Made by a program: the position numbers and the translations under genes. A stretch of DNA of 24,000 bases, taken from NCBI RefSeq assembly GCF_900107845.1, contig NZ_FNRM01000001.1, forward strand, positions 405,209 through 429,208, written 5' to 3'. Within the stretch, counting starts at the first letter, position 1; each line of letters begins with the position of its first letter. Positions 1 through 7,734 of this stretch are shown one piece after another. Below the pieces are notes generated by a model. It was not told where the DNA came from. It worked only from the letters and a program-made list of their open reading frames with translations, and ran no database searches. This DNA is from Alkalimonas amylolytica. Lineage in GTDB: Bacteria > Pseudomonadota > Gammaproteobacteria > Enterobacterales > Alteromonadaceae.

Positions 1-87
1 ATCCCTCCCCACATCCGGATTAATGGCCGGCTGCTATTTCCGATCAACGATTTTGACAGCTGGGTTAAAAACCAGCCCAGAAACTAA
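1..87 (+). CDS. C-terminal end of an excisionase/MerR-type HTH (HTH_17/AlpA-like) DNA-binding protein, 5'-truncated by the window edge
   Basis: Frame 1 reads IPPHIRINGRLLFPINDFDSWVKNQPRN, followed by TAA at 85-87. The I-x-G-R-x-x-F ... D-x-W pattern is typical of the C-terminal wing of excisionase-family HTH proteins. The island context fits. Confidence 0.4.
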   Translation: MPPHIRINGRLLFPINDFDSWVKNQPRN

Positions 88-240
88 GGTGGGCTCCCAA
101 GACAATACAATCTATTTCAAAGCAGTCATAAGATCAGCCATTGATGCCATCGACAAAATATCAACAATTTGTAGAGCCTTGATAGCTTGACATCTGAGGG
201 AACATTTGGGACTTTAGGTACAAATTGGGTTTAATAATAC

Positions 241-2856
241 ATGGACGAGTATATGGCAGACGTATCAAATGACGTGGTTAATTGGCTAAAACAACAACCC
301 ATATGGTTACAGCTGATAGCAACCAAGTTAGTTACAACTGGCACCATATCAGACAACGATTTCAATGAAGCTATAAATTTATTAAAAGGTTTAGCACCGA
401 CAAATCCAATTAAATTTGATTGGGAACGTTTTTCCGTTACCCCAAATATCGCTGCTCTAAAGCTAACTTCAATATCCGATGTCCAAGGTATCGAAAATTT
501 GTCGCCAAGGACACCATTGCAACTTGGTACTGGTAATCTCACAGTCATTTATGGGCATAATGGCTCTGGAAAATCCGGATATACCCGACTACTGAAAAAG
601 GCATGTGGGAAACCCAGGGCATCAGATTTAAAATCAAATGTTTTTCTTCCAGAACCCGAGAAGCGAGGCTGTAGAGTCTCTTTTATCTGGGGGAATGATG
701 AAAAAACGATTGCTTGGCCGGCAAACTCACTTGCAATCCAAGAGCTAACGGCTGTAGATATCTTTGACAACGACGAAGCCCTAAATTATCTAACAAAAGA
801 AAATAACGCATCTTACATCCCCCCTTTAGTGGCACTATTCGAACGATTAGCCGAGGTCTGTGAAAAGTTAAAAACGTCGTTGCAGAACGAGCAAAATCAA
901 TTGACGAGTAAACTGCCCGATTTGCCACATAATTTTCAAAGAACAGAGCCAGGGTCAGTGTATACATCATTACATTCAGTTTTAAATACACAAAGAATTC
1001 AGAATTACCTAAATTGGTCTACTGAAAATGAGAGTGCATTAGCGCTAACAGTAAAACGTTTGAATACAGATGATCCTGCAACTTTGGCAGTCCAAATCAA
1101 AAATAAAAAGACCTCACTGGATAACCTGATAGCTCAGGCTAAGAATGTCTCACTTTTATTAAGTTCTGATAAATTAATTCATCTTAGAATTCTTAGAAAC
1201 ACTGCTATAGAGAAAAGGCGTATTGCAATAGAGACAGGGAATGTTGCTTCTGCAAAGCTTGAGGGAGTTGGCACTAAAACTTGGTTGGCGATGTGGGAAG
1301 CAGCGAGAGAGTATTCAGCAACTGCCTATCCAAAGCGGGATTTCCCTGTAAATGACACTGAAGATTCTCGCTGTGTATTATGCCATCAAAAATTGGATGA
1401 TGACTCAAGAAAAAGACTTGATGATTTTGAATCGTATGTCAAAGGACAATTAGAACTCGCAGCACAAGCTGCCGAACTGGAGTATTCGACTGTACTAAAT
1501 AGTTTAACCGCTCCTCCTTCACCAGAGCAGCTAAACATGCAATTGAGTGCCGCAGGTTTAGCCTCAGATGACTGGCAGCGTTTTTTTATTTATGTTTGGC
1601 AAGAATATCAAAAATGTCGCAATGCCCTTTTAAACCATGAGTCAACCGGAACGATAGAGTTTTCCGTTGATTTAGCTGAAACTCTGTCTTCACTAAATAC
1701 TTACAGCAAACAGTTAGACATTGAATACAATCAGCTCGCTGAAGATGCAAAGCAGTTCGACAGGCAATCAGCCACTAATCAAAAAACGACATTAGAAGCT
1801 CATAAGTGGGTATCTCAACAGAAGGAGGCAGTAAAAGCTGAACTCGTTCGTTTAACGCAGTTTAAGCAATTCGAAACCTGGAAGGAGCAACTTAACCCCC
1901 GCAAGTTAACTATGAAAGCCGGCGAGCTATCTTAAGCGCTTATAACAAAAGCTTATGTTTCGAGATTTAACGACGAGCTAAAAAAACTTGGTGCCGAAAG
2001 AATTCAAGTAGAACTAGTAAAAACACGCGCTACAAAAGGCGCTGTCCTCCACCAATTAAAACTCAAGGGAGCTCAAAAGCAGAAAGTATCGCCTGAAAGT
2101 GTATTGAGTGAGGGTGAGCGCAGAATTATTAGTTTGGCAGCATTTTTGGCAGACGTTTCTGACAAGCCAATTGCTGCACCATTTATTTTTGATGATCCAA
2201 TATCGTCTCTAGATCATGACTTTGAGTGGCATGTTGCAAACAGATTAGTGCAGCTTGCAACCAAAAGACAAGTTCTCATCTTCACACATCGCTTGTCACT
2301 CTATGGCGCACTTGAAGACGTGGCCAAAAAAATGGGAGACAAGTGGAAAAAAGATCAGTTTTCTCAGATATGTATTGAAAAATATGAGGGCGTATCAGGT
2401 CAGCCAGTAAACCAGGCAGTTTGGAATGCAAAAACTGAAACCGCCAATAACATTCTTATAGAGCGCCTTCACCAAGCGAAAAAAACAGGGCAAGAATACG
2501 GAGCTGACTCATATAAGGCACTCGCGCAAGGTATATGTAGTGATTTCCGTAAGTTACTAGAGAGAACTGTTGAAGAAGATCTTCTATTCGAAATAGTTAG
2601 AAGACATAGAAAAAGCGTGACCACTGATAACAAACTTGCAGCTCTGCATGTAATTAATCCCAGTGACTGCAGTTTAATTGATGGACTGATGACCAAATAC
2701 TCATTCTACGAGCATAGCCAATCACAGGAACAGCCGACTTCTATTCCTAATCCCGAAGAACTAAGTACAGATTTAGAGCTTCTAAAAAGTTGGCGTCGAG
2801 ATTTTGTGGACAGAAGGCGCAAAGCCCTATCCGACGTTTTAACATTCAATAAATAA
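241..2856 (+). pseudogene. rloC: RloC-like ABC/SMC-type ATPase (AAA_13 family) with coiled-coil zinc hook, interrupted by one in-frame TAA at 1933..1935 (track ORFs 241..1935 and 2104..2856 are the two pieces)
   Basis: Both track ORFs are in the same frame (241 and 2104 are both 1 mod 3).
- Upstream piece: Walker A GHNGSGKSG and the CxxC hook CVLCHQ inside a long helical region.
- Downstream piece: ABC signature LSEGERR, Walker B FIFDDPISSLD and H-loop IFTHRL.
- The 168 nt between the TAA and the TTG read through without stops (ALITKAYVSRFNDELKKLGAERIQVELVKTRATKG...).
- The C-terminal ~170 aa contain RKLLE (R-x3-E) and downstream His residues, reminiscent of the PrrC/RloC anticodon-nuclease triad.
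- An alternative start ATG lies at 253. Confidence 0.7.
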
Positions 2857-2857
2857 T

Positions 2858-2888
2858 TTGACCAATTAAATGGCCGACCCAATATAAA
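2858..2888 (+). promoter_or_regulatory. Candidate sigma70 promoter for the AriA-like gene
   Basis: TTGACC at 2858-2863, a 17-nt spacer, then AATATA/TATAAA at 2881-2888. An AAGG Shine-Dalgarno lies about 10 nt before the ATG at 2931. Confidence 0.3.
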
Positions 2889-2930
2889 AATTAGAAAAAA
2901 TAAACCGATACTTTAAATAAGGTATATTAA

Positions 2931-4262
2931 ATGCAGAAAACACTTGAAAGGATAGAAATTGACAAACTTTTCGGGAGATTTGATTACTCAATAAAATTAT
3001 CAGACCGAGAAAATAATATATCTATATTAACGGCACCAAATGGATATGGTAAATCTACAATATTAAAAATAATAAATAGCTTTGCACTTGGCGACCATTA
3101 CTATTTTATTCGCGAAAACTTTAAAAGCATTAGATTTTACTTGTCTGATGGTGACATGATCGAAGTGATTCACTTAGAAGACGATCGTTCAAACAACCAA
3201 GTTACCATTAGAACAAAATCAAACTCTACCAAGGTTAAAGACCCTTTTGGCGACGGTGATGATAGGACATTCATTATAGAACGAAATTTTCCATTTTTAA
3301 CAAGAGTCGGCCCCAGAACATGGAGGCATGATCGAACTGGCGAAACATTCAATCCCTCAGATATTTTATCAAGATATGGTGATCACCCTGTTTTTAGACG
3401 AAATCAGAAACGGGATGAATGGCTTGAAAAGCTTAGAAAATCAGTAAAAGTTTTCTCCATCCCTACAAACCGCTTAAAATCTGAAGAAGATTATGATGTA
3501 AGAGGACACTCAGCACAAAGAAATAGTTTGATGGTAGGTGCTCTTGCAAAAGAAATCCAAGAAAAAATGCAATCAGCCATAAGAAACCAGTTTGAGGAAG
3601 GACGAAAAAAAGAAACTAGTTTTCCTACAAGACTAATTGAATCTCTTAAAGGAGGTGTATCCTTATCACGTGAGTCTGTATTTGAGTCTATAAAGGCAAT
3701 TCAAGAGTATGAAGAAAGATACGGAAGGCTTGGTCTTGTGCCACATACAGAAACAACTAAACAACTTAACGTTCATGCCGAATCTACAGAAAGTGCGGGA
3801 ATGCTTGTATTAAAAACATATCTCGATGATATACGTGAAAAATTTTCTTCTTTAGAACATTTAGCACAGAAACTCGATGTATTTTGCAGTTCAATCAATA
3901 GACTAATTGCTTTCAAAACAGTAAGCACTTCAGCTGATGAAGGGATAATTGTAAGAGTAATCGATGGGGATAGAGATCCACTTTCTCTATCTGTACTCTC
4001 ATCTGGCGAGCAACACCTAATAGTATTAATAGGGAAATTAGTCTTTAACACAAATCAAGGGTCACTTGTTTTAATAGATGAGCCCGAGATTTCTTTTCAT
4101 CCTGAATGGCAAGAAAAATTCTTGTCTATTTTAGAAGAAATTCAGAAAGTTAATGACTTTACAGTACTTGTAGCAACTCATTCTCCTATTTTAATTGGTG
4201 ACAGATGGGAAAGTGTCATCGAGCTAGCGGAACAGCATCAAGTAAATATAATTGGTGAATAA
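2931..4262 (+). CDS. ariA: AriA-like ABC ATPase (AAA_15/AAA_21 type) of a PARIS-like defence pair
   Basis: 443-aa ORF with Walker A APNGYGKST, ABC signature LSSGEQHL, Walker B LVLIDEPE and H-loop VATHSP. A ~300-aa helical insertion lies between Walker A and the signature. It sits immediately upstream of, and is coupled to, a DUF4435-type gene. Confidence 0.7.
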   Translation: MQKTLERIEIDKLFGRFDYSIKLSDRENNISILTAPNGYGKSTILKIINSFALGDHYYFIRENFKSIRFYLSDGDMIEVIHLEDDRSNNQVTIRTKSNSTKVKDPFGDGDDRTFIIERNFPFLTRVGPRTWRHDRTGETFNPSDILSRYGDHPVFRRNQKRDEWLEKLRKSVKVFSIPTNRLKSEEDYDVRGHSAQRNSLMVGALAKEIQEKMQSAIRNQFEEGRKKETSFPTRLIESLKGGVSLSRESVFESIKAIQEYEERYGRLGLVPHTETTKQLNVHAESTESAGMLVLKTYLDDIREKFSSLEHLAQKLDVFCSSINRLIAFKTVSTSADEGIIVRVIDGDRDPLSLSVLSSGEQHLIVLIGKLVFNTNQGSLVLIDEPEISFHPEWQEKFLSILEEIQKVNDFTVLVATHSPILIGDRWESVIELAEQHQVNIIGE

Positions 4263-4263
4263 C

Positions 4264-5136
4264 ATGAGTACACTTAGAAGATATCAAAAAGATCCTCGAA
4301 TTTTATTGAATAGTGCGCTTCATATGTTTCGCAGCAAAAAAATAATAACTACAATCGTTGAAGGAATCTGCGATAAGAGATTTCTTAGCCAGTGGACAAG
4401 CATTGACTCTGAGATAAGATTTGATGGTATGGATGGTAAGCCATTAGTTGAAAAAGCTTTCTTAGAATCTCAGAAAAAGCCGTATTGCGATTTTGATTTC
4501 TTGTTATTTTTTGTAGATATTGATTTTGATTACATACATCAAAAACAGTTGAACCTACATAATTCCTTCATTTACAATGCTTACTGTTCAGAAGAAAAAA
4601 AGTTGCATTATAATGATTTAGAGTGCTACTTATTAAATACCTCTGCGCTTGCAAAAGTTTTGGCCAACTTCGATATTGAACCTTACGAAGTAGATACTAT
4701 TAGAGATAAACTGAAGACTGGGTCTCGTGCAATAGGTAGCTTACGTGCTGCTGACTATATAGCTCAAAGAAAATTTGGCCTTTCTAAATCTATTTTAAAT
4801 GGTTTAGAAATTGACGATTATTTTGATCCATCCAATATTTTTATTAATCTCAAGGAGATTAAACAAGATCTACCTCGGTGGTCAAACTACAAGGAACATG
4901 TTGAAGATCTAGTTAGTATTGCTGAAAAACTTGATCGAGAGACACCCAATGACTGGTCTCTTTCGAGGGGGCACGATGTTACTAAAATGCTTTCTATGCA
5001 TTTGGAGACCAGATCAAGAAGGAAGGTAACGACTGAGTCTATTGAAATGATGCTTAGATTAGCATGTGAAAAATTTGAGTTCGAAAATAGTCCGATGGGA
5101 AAGCGCTTCATTAAAACTGCGTGTGTAGCTGCTTAG
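4264..5136 (+). CDS. ariB: AriB-like DUF4435/TOPRIM (OLD-type) nuclease effector
   Basis: The ATG at 4264 lies 1 nt after the AriA-like stop; the track's TTG at 4252 is less likely. The TOPRIM Glu context is ITTIVEGICDKRF and an acidic DxD cluster follows at FFVDIDFDY. At ~290 aa, the size is typical of DUF4435 partners of AAA_15/21 ATPases. Confidence 0.65.
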   Translation: MSTLRRYQKDPRILLNSALHMFRSKKIITTIVEGICDKRFLSQWTSIDSEIRFDGMDGKPLVEKAFLESQKKPYCDFDFLLFFVDIDFDYIHQKQLNLHNSFIYNAYCSEEKKLHYNDLECYLLNTSALAKVLANFDIEPYEVDTIRDKLKTGSRAIGSLRAADYIAQRKFGLSKSILNGLEIDDYFDPSNIFINLKEIKQDLPRWSNYKEHVEDLVSIAEKLDRETPNDWSLSRGHDVTKMLSMHLETRSRRKVTTESIEMMLRLACEKFEFENSPMGKRFIKTACVAA

Positions 5137-5163
5137 CTTTAGTTGATATATAGCGGTCTGAAA

Positions 5164-5190
5164 TACTAGCGGACCCAAGGTCCGCTAGTA
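5164..5190. terminator. Hairpin terminator between the convergent AriB-like and integrase genes
   Basis: Perfect 12-bp stem TACTAGCGGACC / GGTCCGCTAGTA with loop CAA. A short T-run follows on the minus-strand side (TTTCAG). Confidence 0.55.
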
Positions 5191-5262
5191 ATATTAAAAG
5201 TACACGAAAGTTACGTCTGAGCTAATACACTTAATACTGGTAGAGTTACTCTATACTTGAGT

Positions 5263-6579
5263 TTAAGTAACCAAGCTAGCCAGCAAAGTAAGCTTTTGCT
5301 CCTTGGTCATTTCAGAGAACAAAGCCTTGATATTATCCATGTCAGCCACAGGAGCTTCAACTGCAAGCCCAGCATACTGATTTATCCGCGCTACAATCCT
5401 CTGCGCAGGCTCTTTCAGCTCCTCCGCAGTGAGCACTGTGTAACCTGCGGTAACATCGTTACGGCCTGTCTTGTGATTTAACAGCCGCTTAATGGTATAG
5501 GTTCCAATACCCAGGCTTTCCGCAATTGAACAGTAGGTTCTTCTTAGGTCATGCAGGGTAAAGCTGAGGCCTGCTTGTTCGTTGATCTTTTGAATCACCT
5601 TTTTCGGCTCTGTAATGCGGCCCAAGCGATTTTTAGCCCCAAACACGAAGTCTGTTACCTTGTATTCCTTACGTCGCTTCAGAATGGCTTTTAACGGCGC
5701 GGTTATTGGCAACTCAAGATCATCATGGTTTTTGGTATCTCTCAGGATAAACAGCTCATCTTTCAGATAAACATCCTGCCATTTCAATTCCAGCAGCTCG
5801 GTGCGCCGCAAGCCTGAAAAGGCTGTAAACTCTACATAGTCACATACAGCAACAGTGAAATCCTGCCGGTATGCAATGGCTTCATCGCGTATCGTATTTA
5901 TCGCTTGCAGAAACGGCTTTAACTGCGATGGTCGTAATCTCGTCTGGCGACGGGCAACGTTATTCCAGGCTCGTTTTTCAGATAACACCACGACAGGGTT
6001 TACTAGAAACAAGGTACGGTTGGCTGAATCTTTATATTCAGCCCTGGCAAAGTTAAACAAGGCTCGCAACGTGCGCATGGTGTAATCGGCTTGTGCCCTG
6101 CTCGACTGGCTAAGCTTCTGATGGCGTTTGTACACCATATCTTCACTGATATCGGCCATCCGCTTTTGCTGCCAATCTGCGAGGTAGCATTTCATTAATT
6201 GCTGATAGCCTCGCAAAGTGGTGTCTTTTAAATCACGCTGTTCAAGAAAACGCTGGAACACTTCTGACAGTTTGACCGAGGCTGCGCGAAACTGCCGCTT
6301 GCTGTCATTCGGGTTGATACCATCAGCCATATCCGCCATCGCTTTTCGTGCCAAGCGACGGGCGCTTTCTATGGTTAATGCCGGAAAGTCACCCAAGGTT
6401 ACTGACAGCGGCGTTGGCCTGCCTGCCAGCTTCTTATACACACGAAAGGCCTTTTTGCCCGCAGTGATATCCAGCACTAAGCCTGGCATCTGTGTGTCAT
6501 GCCAGCGGGTGCGTTTTTCGGTGACGGGTAAGGCTGAAATTTCAGCTTCAGTAAAGCGAATATGGTTGGTTCTGGTCAT
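5263..6579 (-). CDS. int: P4-type tyrosine recombinase/integrase with an N-terminal DUF4102-like arm-binding domain
   Basis: 438-aa ORF. The N-terminus (FTEAEISALP...GLVLDITAGKKAFRVYKK...LGDFPALTIESARRLA) matches the DUF4102 pattern. The catalytic region carries HDLRRT and LLNH...AGY (R-H-R-Y residues). A GAGG Shine-Dalgarno lies 10 nt upstream of the ATG. Confidence 0.9.
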   Translation of the reverse strand: MTRTNHIRFTEAEISALPVTEKRTRWHDTQMPGLVLDITAGKKAFRVYKKLAGRPTPLSVTLGDFPALTIESARRLARKAMADMADGINPNDSKRQFRAASVKLSEVFQRFLEQRDLKDTTLRGYQQLMKCYLADWQQKRMADISEDMVYKRHQKLSQSSRAQADYTMRTLRALFNFARAEYKDSANRTLFLVNPVVVLSEKRAWNNVARRQTRLRPSQLKPFLQAINTIRDEAIAYRQDFTVAVCDYVEFTAFSGLRRTELLELKWQDVYLKDELFILRDTKNHDDLELPITAPLKAILKRRKEYKVTDFVFGAKNRLGRITEPKKVIQKINEQAGLSFTLHDLRRTYCSIAESLGIGTYTIKRLLNHKTGRNDVTAGYTVLTAEELKEPAQRIVARINQYAGLAVEAPVADMDNIKALFSEMTKEQKLTLLASLVT

Positions 6580-6585
6580 AGCTGT

Positions 6586-6657
6586 GCTACCTCTGTGCTA
6601 CTTTCAATGCAAAATCGACGGCGTTGTTTTGCAACGCCTTTATGCATCAGAGGTAGC
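6586..6657 (-). promoter_or_regulatory. Nested inverted repeats in the integrase leader; the outer arms pair the Shine-Dalgarno with an anti-SD
   Basis: 6586-6595 GCTACCTCTG and 6648-6657 CAGAGGTAGC are perfect 10-nt complements. An inner hairpin GGCGTTG (6620-6626) / CAACGCC (6632-6638) lies between them. On the int mRNA the proximal arm contains the AGAGG ribosome-binding site. Confidence 0.35.
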
Positions 6658-6745
6658 TAACCAAGCAATAAGCTGCTGAATTAGCTATGTAATTTAGTAA
6701 AAGTCTATTTCAATCAGTAAACAACGGTAAAACGCCTTAGAAGGC

Positions 6746-6790
6746 CTCATAATCGATCGGTCGCTGGTTCGAGTCCAGCTGGGGCCACCA
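6746..6790 (+). other. 3' fragment (anticodon loop to CCA) of a CAU-anticodon tRNA, closest in my memory to tRNA-Ile2 (ileX type); putative att junction of the island, not an intact tRNA
   Basis: The sequence CTCATAA-TCGAT-CGGTC-GCTGG-TTCGAGT-CCAGC-TGGGGCC-A-CCA gives the anticodon loop, 3' anticodon stem, variable loop, a perfect T-arm and the 3' acceptor strand plus CCA. No GGCCCCA 5' acceptor strand, D-arm or 5' anticodon stem lies upstream. Confidence 0.7.
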
Positions 6791-6810
6791 TTTCACACTT
6801 CGGTTTGCAG

Positions 6811-7608
6811 CTACTCCTGCCGCGCCCATTGCTCCAACCGTTCAATCAAGTACTCCGAATAAACTGGCTGATACAGCTGGCGCATGCTGCCATCGAGGTA
6901 ACTTTGTTGCAGCGCCTGTTGCCAGGCTGCAATTCGTTCTGGGGCTACGTCCAGTGAAAAGGCGAGATACAGCTCCACTTCACGAATTTGTTTTAGCCGG
7001 TAAAGCCCGGTTCCCGCCTGTGCCTGCAGTTGCTTTTCGCGCTCCGCCACCACAGCATCATGCAACACCACTAAATCGACCCGACCGCGCAGCAGCATCT
7101 GAAAACAATCGCCATGGTTTAACGTAAGTACCAAGTTCTTTCCTTCGACATAACCATGATGCTGCAGTAGGTCAACATGAAGCGAATATCGGTATTCACA
7201 GGCAATCAGGCCAGCATTCAAACCCGTATCCAGCGGGTTCGCGCCTAATCGATCGGCCCGGCCATAGATAGCGGTCTGAACATACTTAAGCGGCCCAACC
7301 CACTGAAACCAATGCTCGCGCTCTGCGGTGCGTGCTGTTTCAAACAAAGCGATATGAGCGTCTTGGCGGGCTATGGCAAAAGCACGCGCCCAGGGCAAAA
7401 GCTCGATGTCAGCTGGTTCATTCAGTCGCTGTTGCAATTGCCGAATCAAGGCAACGGTCACGCCGGCCAGTTTACCTTCGTCGGTCAGGTACTGTCCTGG
7501 AGGATTGTGTTCCGTAAGAATACGCAGGTAAGGCGCTTCATTCTCAGCACGCACCTCTATCGCGTATAGAATAAGCAAAAACAGCCACCCTGCTTTCATA
7601 GCCTTCAA
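6811..7608 (-). CDS. Periplasmic substrate-binding protein, family 3 (amino-acid ABC-type SBP-like)
   Basis: 265-aa ORF with a signal peptide (KAGWLFLLILYAIEVRA) and SBP_bac_3-like length and pattern. The likely true start is the ATG at 7599, with GAAGG 9 nt upstream, rather than the TTG at 7608. Confidence 0.7.
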   Translation of the reverse strand: MKAMKAGWLFLLILYAIEVRAENEAPYLRILTEHNPPGQYLTDEGKLAGVTVALIRQLQQRLNEPADIELLPWARAFAIARQDAHIALFETARTAEREHWFQWVGPLKYVQTAIYGRADRLGANPLDTGLNAGLIACEYRYSLHVDLLQHHGYVEGKNLVLTLNHGDCFQMLLRGRVDLVVLHDAVVAEREKQLQAQAGTGLYRLKQIREVELYLAFSLDVAPERIAAWQQALQQSYLDGSMRQLYQPVYSEYLIERLEQWARQE

Positions 7609-7734
7609 CCTTCAAGGGCTCCGTACTTCAAGTATAGACTAAAACCCTTTGCAGCTTTGCATGGCGCCAGCAAGCTGATTTCTTTATGATGTGACAACGC
7701 TTGCAGCCATTGAAAAACAACCACAGGGCACTCT

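Larger units (their letters stand above)
1..6790. mobile_element. Integrase-proximal end of an integrated genomic island (defence cargo, P4-type integrase, tRNA-derived att fragment). The other end lies left of the window.
   Basis: Composition changes sharply: 1..~5250 is visibly AT-rich, and sequence after 6790 is GC-rich. A tyrosine integrase lies at 5263..6579 and a tRNA 3'-half fragment at 6746..6790. The cargo consists of defence-type ATPase/nuclease genes. Confidence 0.75.

Noticed and set aside
1933-1935. Programmed stop-codon read-through or recoding at the in-frame TAA
   Set aside because: TAA is the most efficient stop and I see no recoding signal (no downstream pseudoknot-like structure or slippery run) around it. 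A mutation or a sequencing error is the simpler explanation. This cannot be excluded without expression data.
2104-2856. Independent 250-aa gene starting at TTG 2104
   Set aside because: The TTG sits on the Leu of the ABC signature (LSEGE). The reading frame is open and homologous-looking for 168 nt upstream, back to the TAA at 1933-1935. There is no Shine-Dalgarno. It is treated as the C-terminal part of the interrupted RloC-like gene.
5257-6679. Plus-strand ORFs 5257..5481, 5855..6085 and 6218..6679 overlapping the integrase
   Set aside because: They lie antisense within a well-supported integrase gene, and their products have no recognisable motifs.
6714-6790. Possible intact tRNA (or tmRNA 3' end) because of the perfect T-arm and CCA end
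   Set aside because: No 5' acceptor strand complementary to TGGGGCC, no D-arm, and AAGGC upstream of the anticodon loop cannot pair with TCGAT. A tmRNA acceptor would need GGGGC-type pairing and a G:U at position 3, which is not present. It is kept only as a tRNA 3' fragment and att site.
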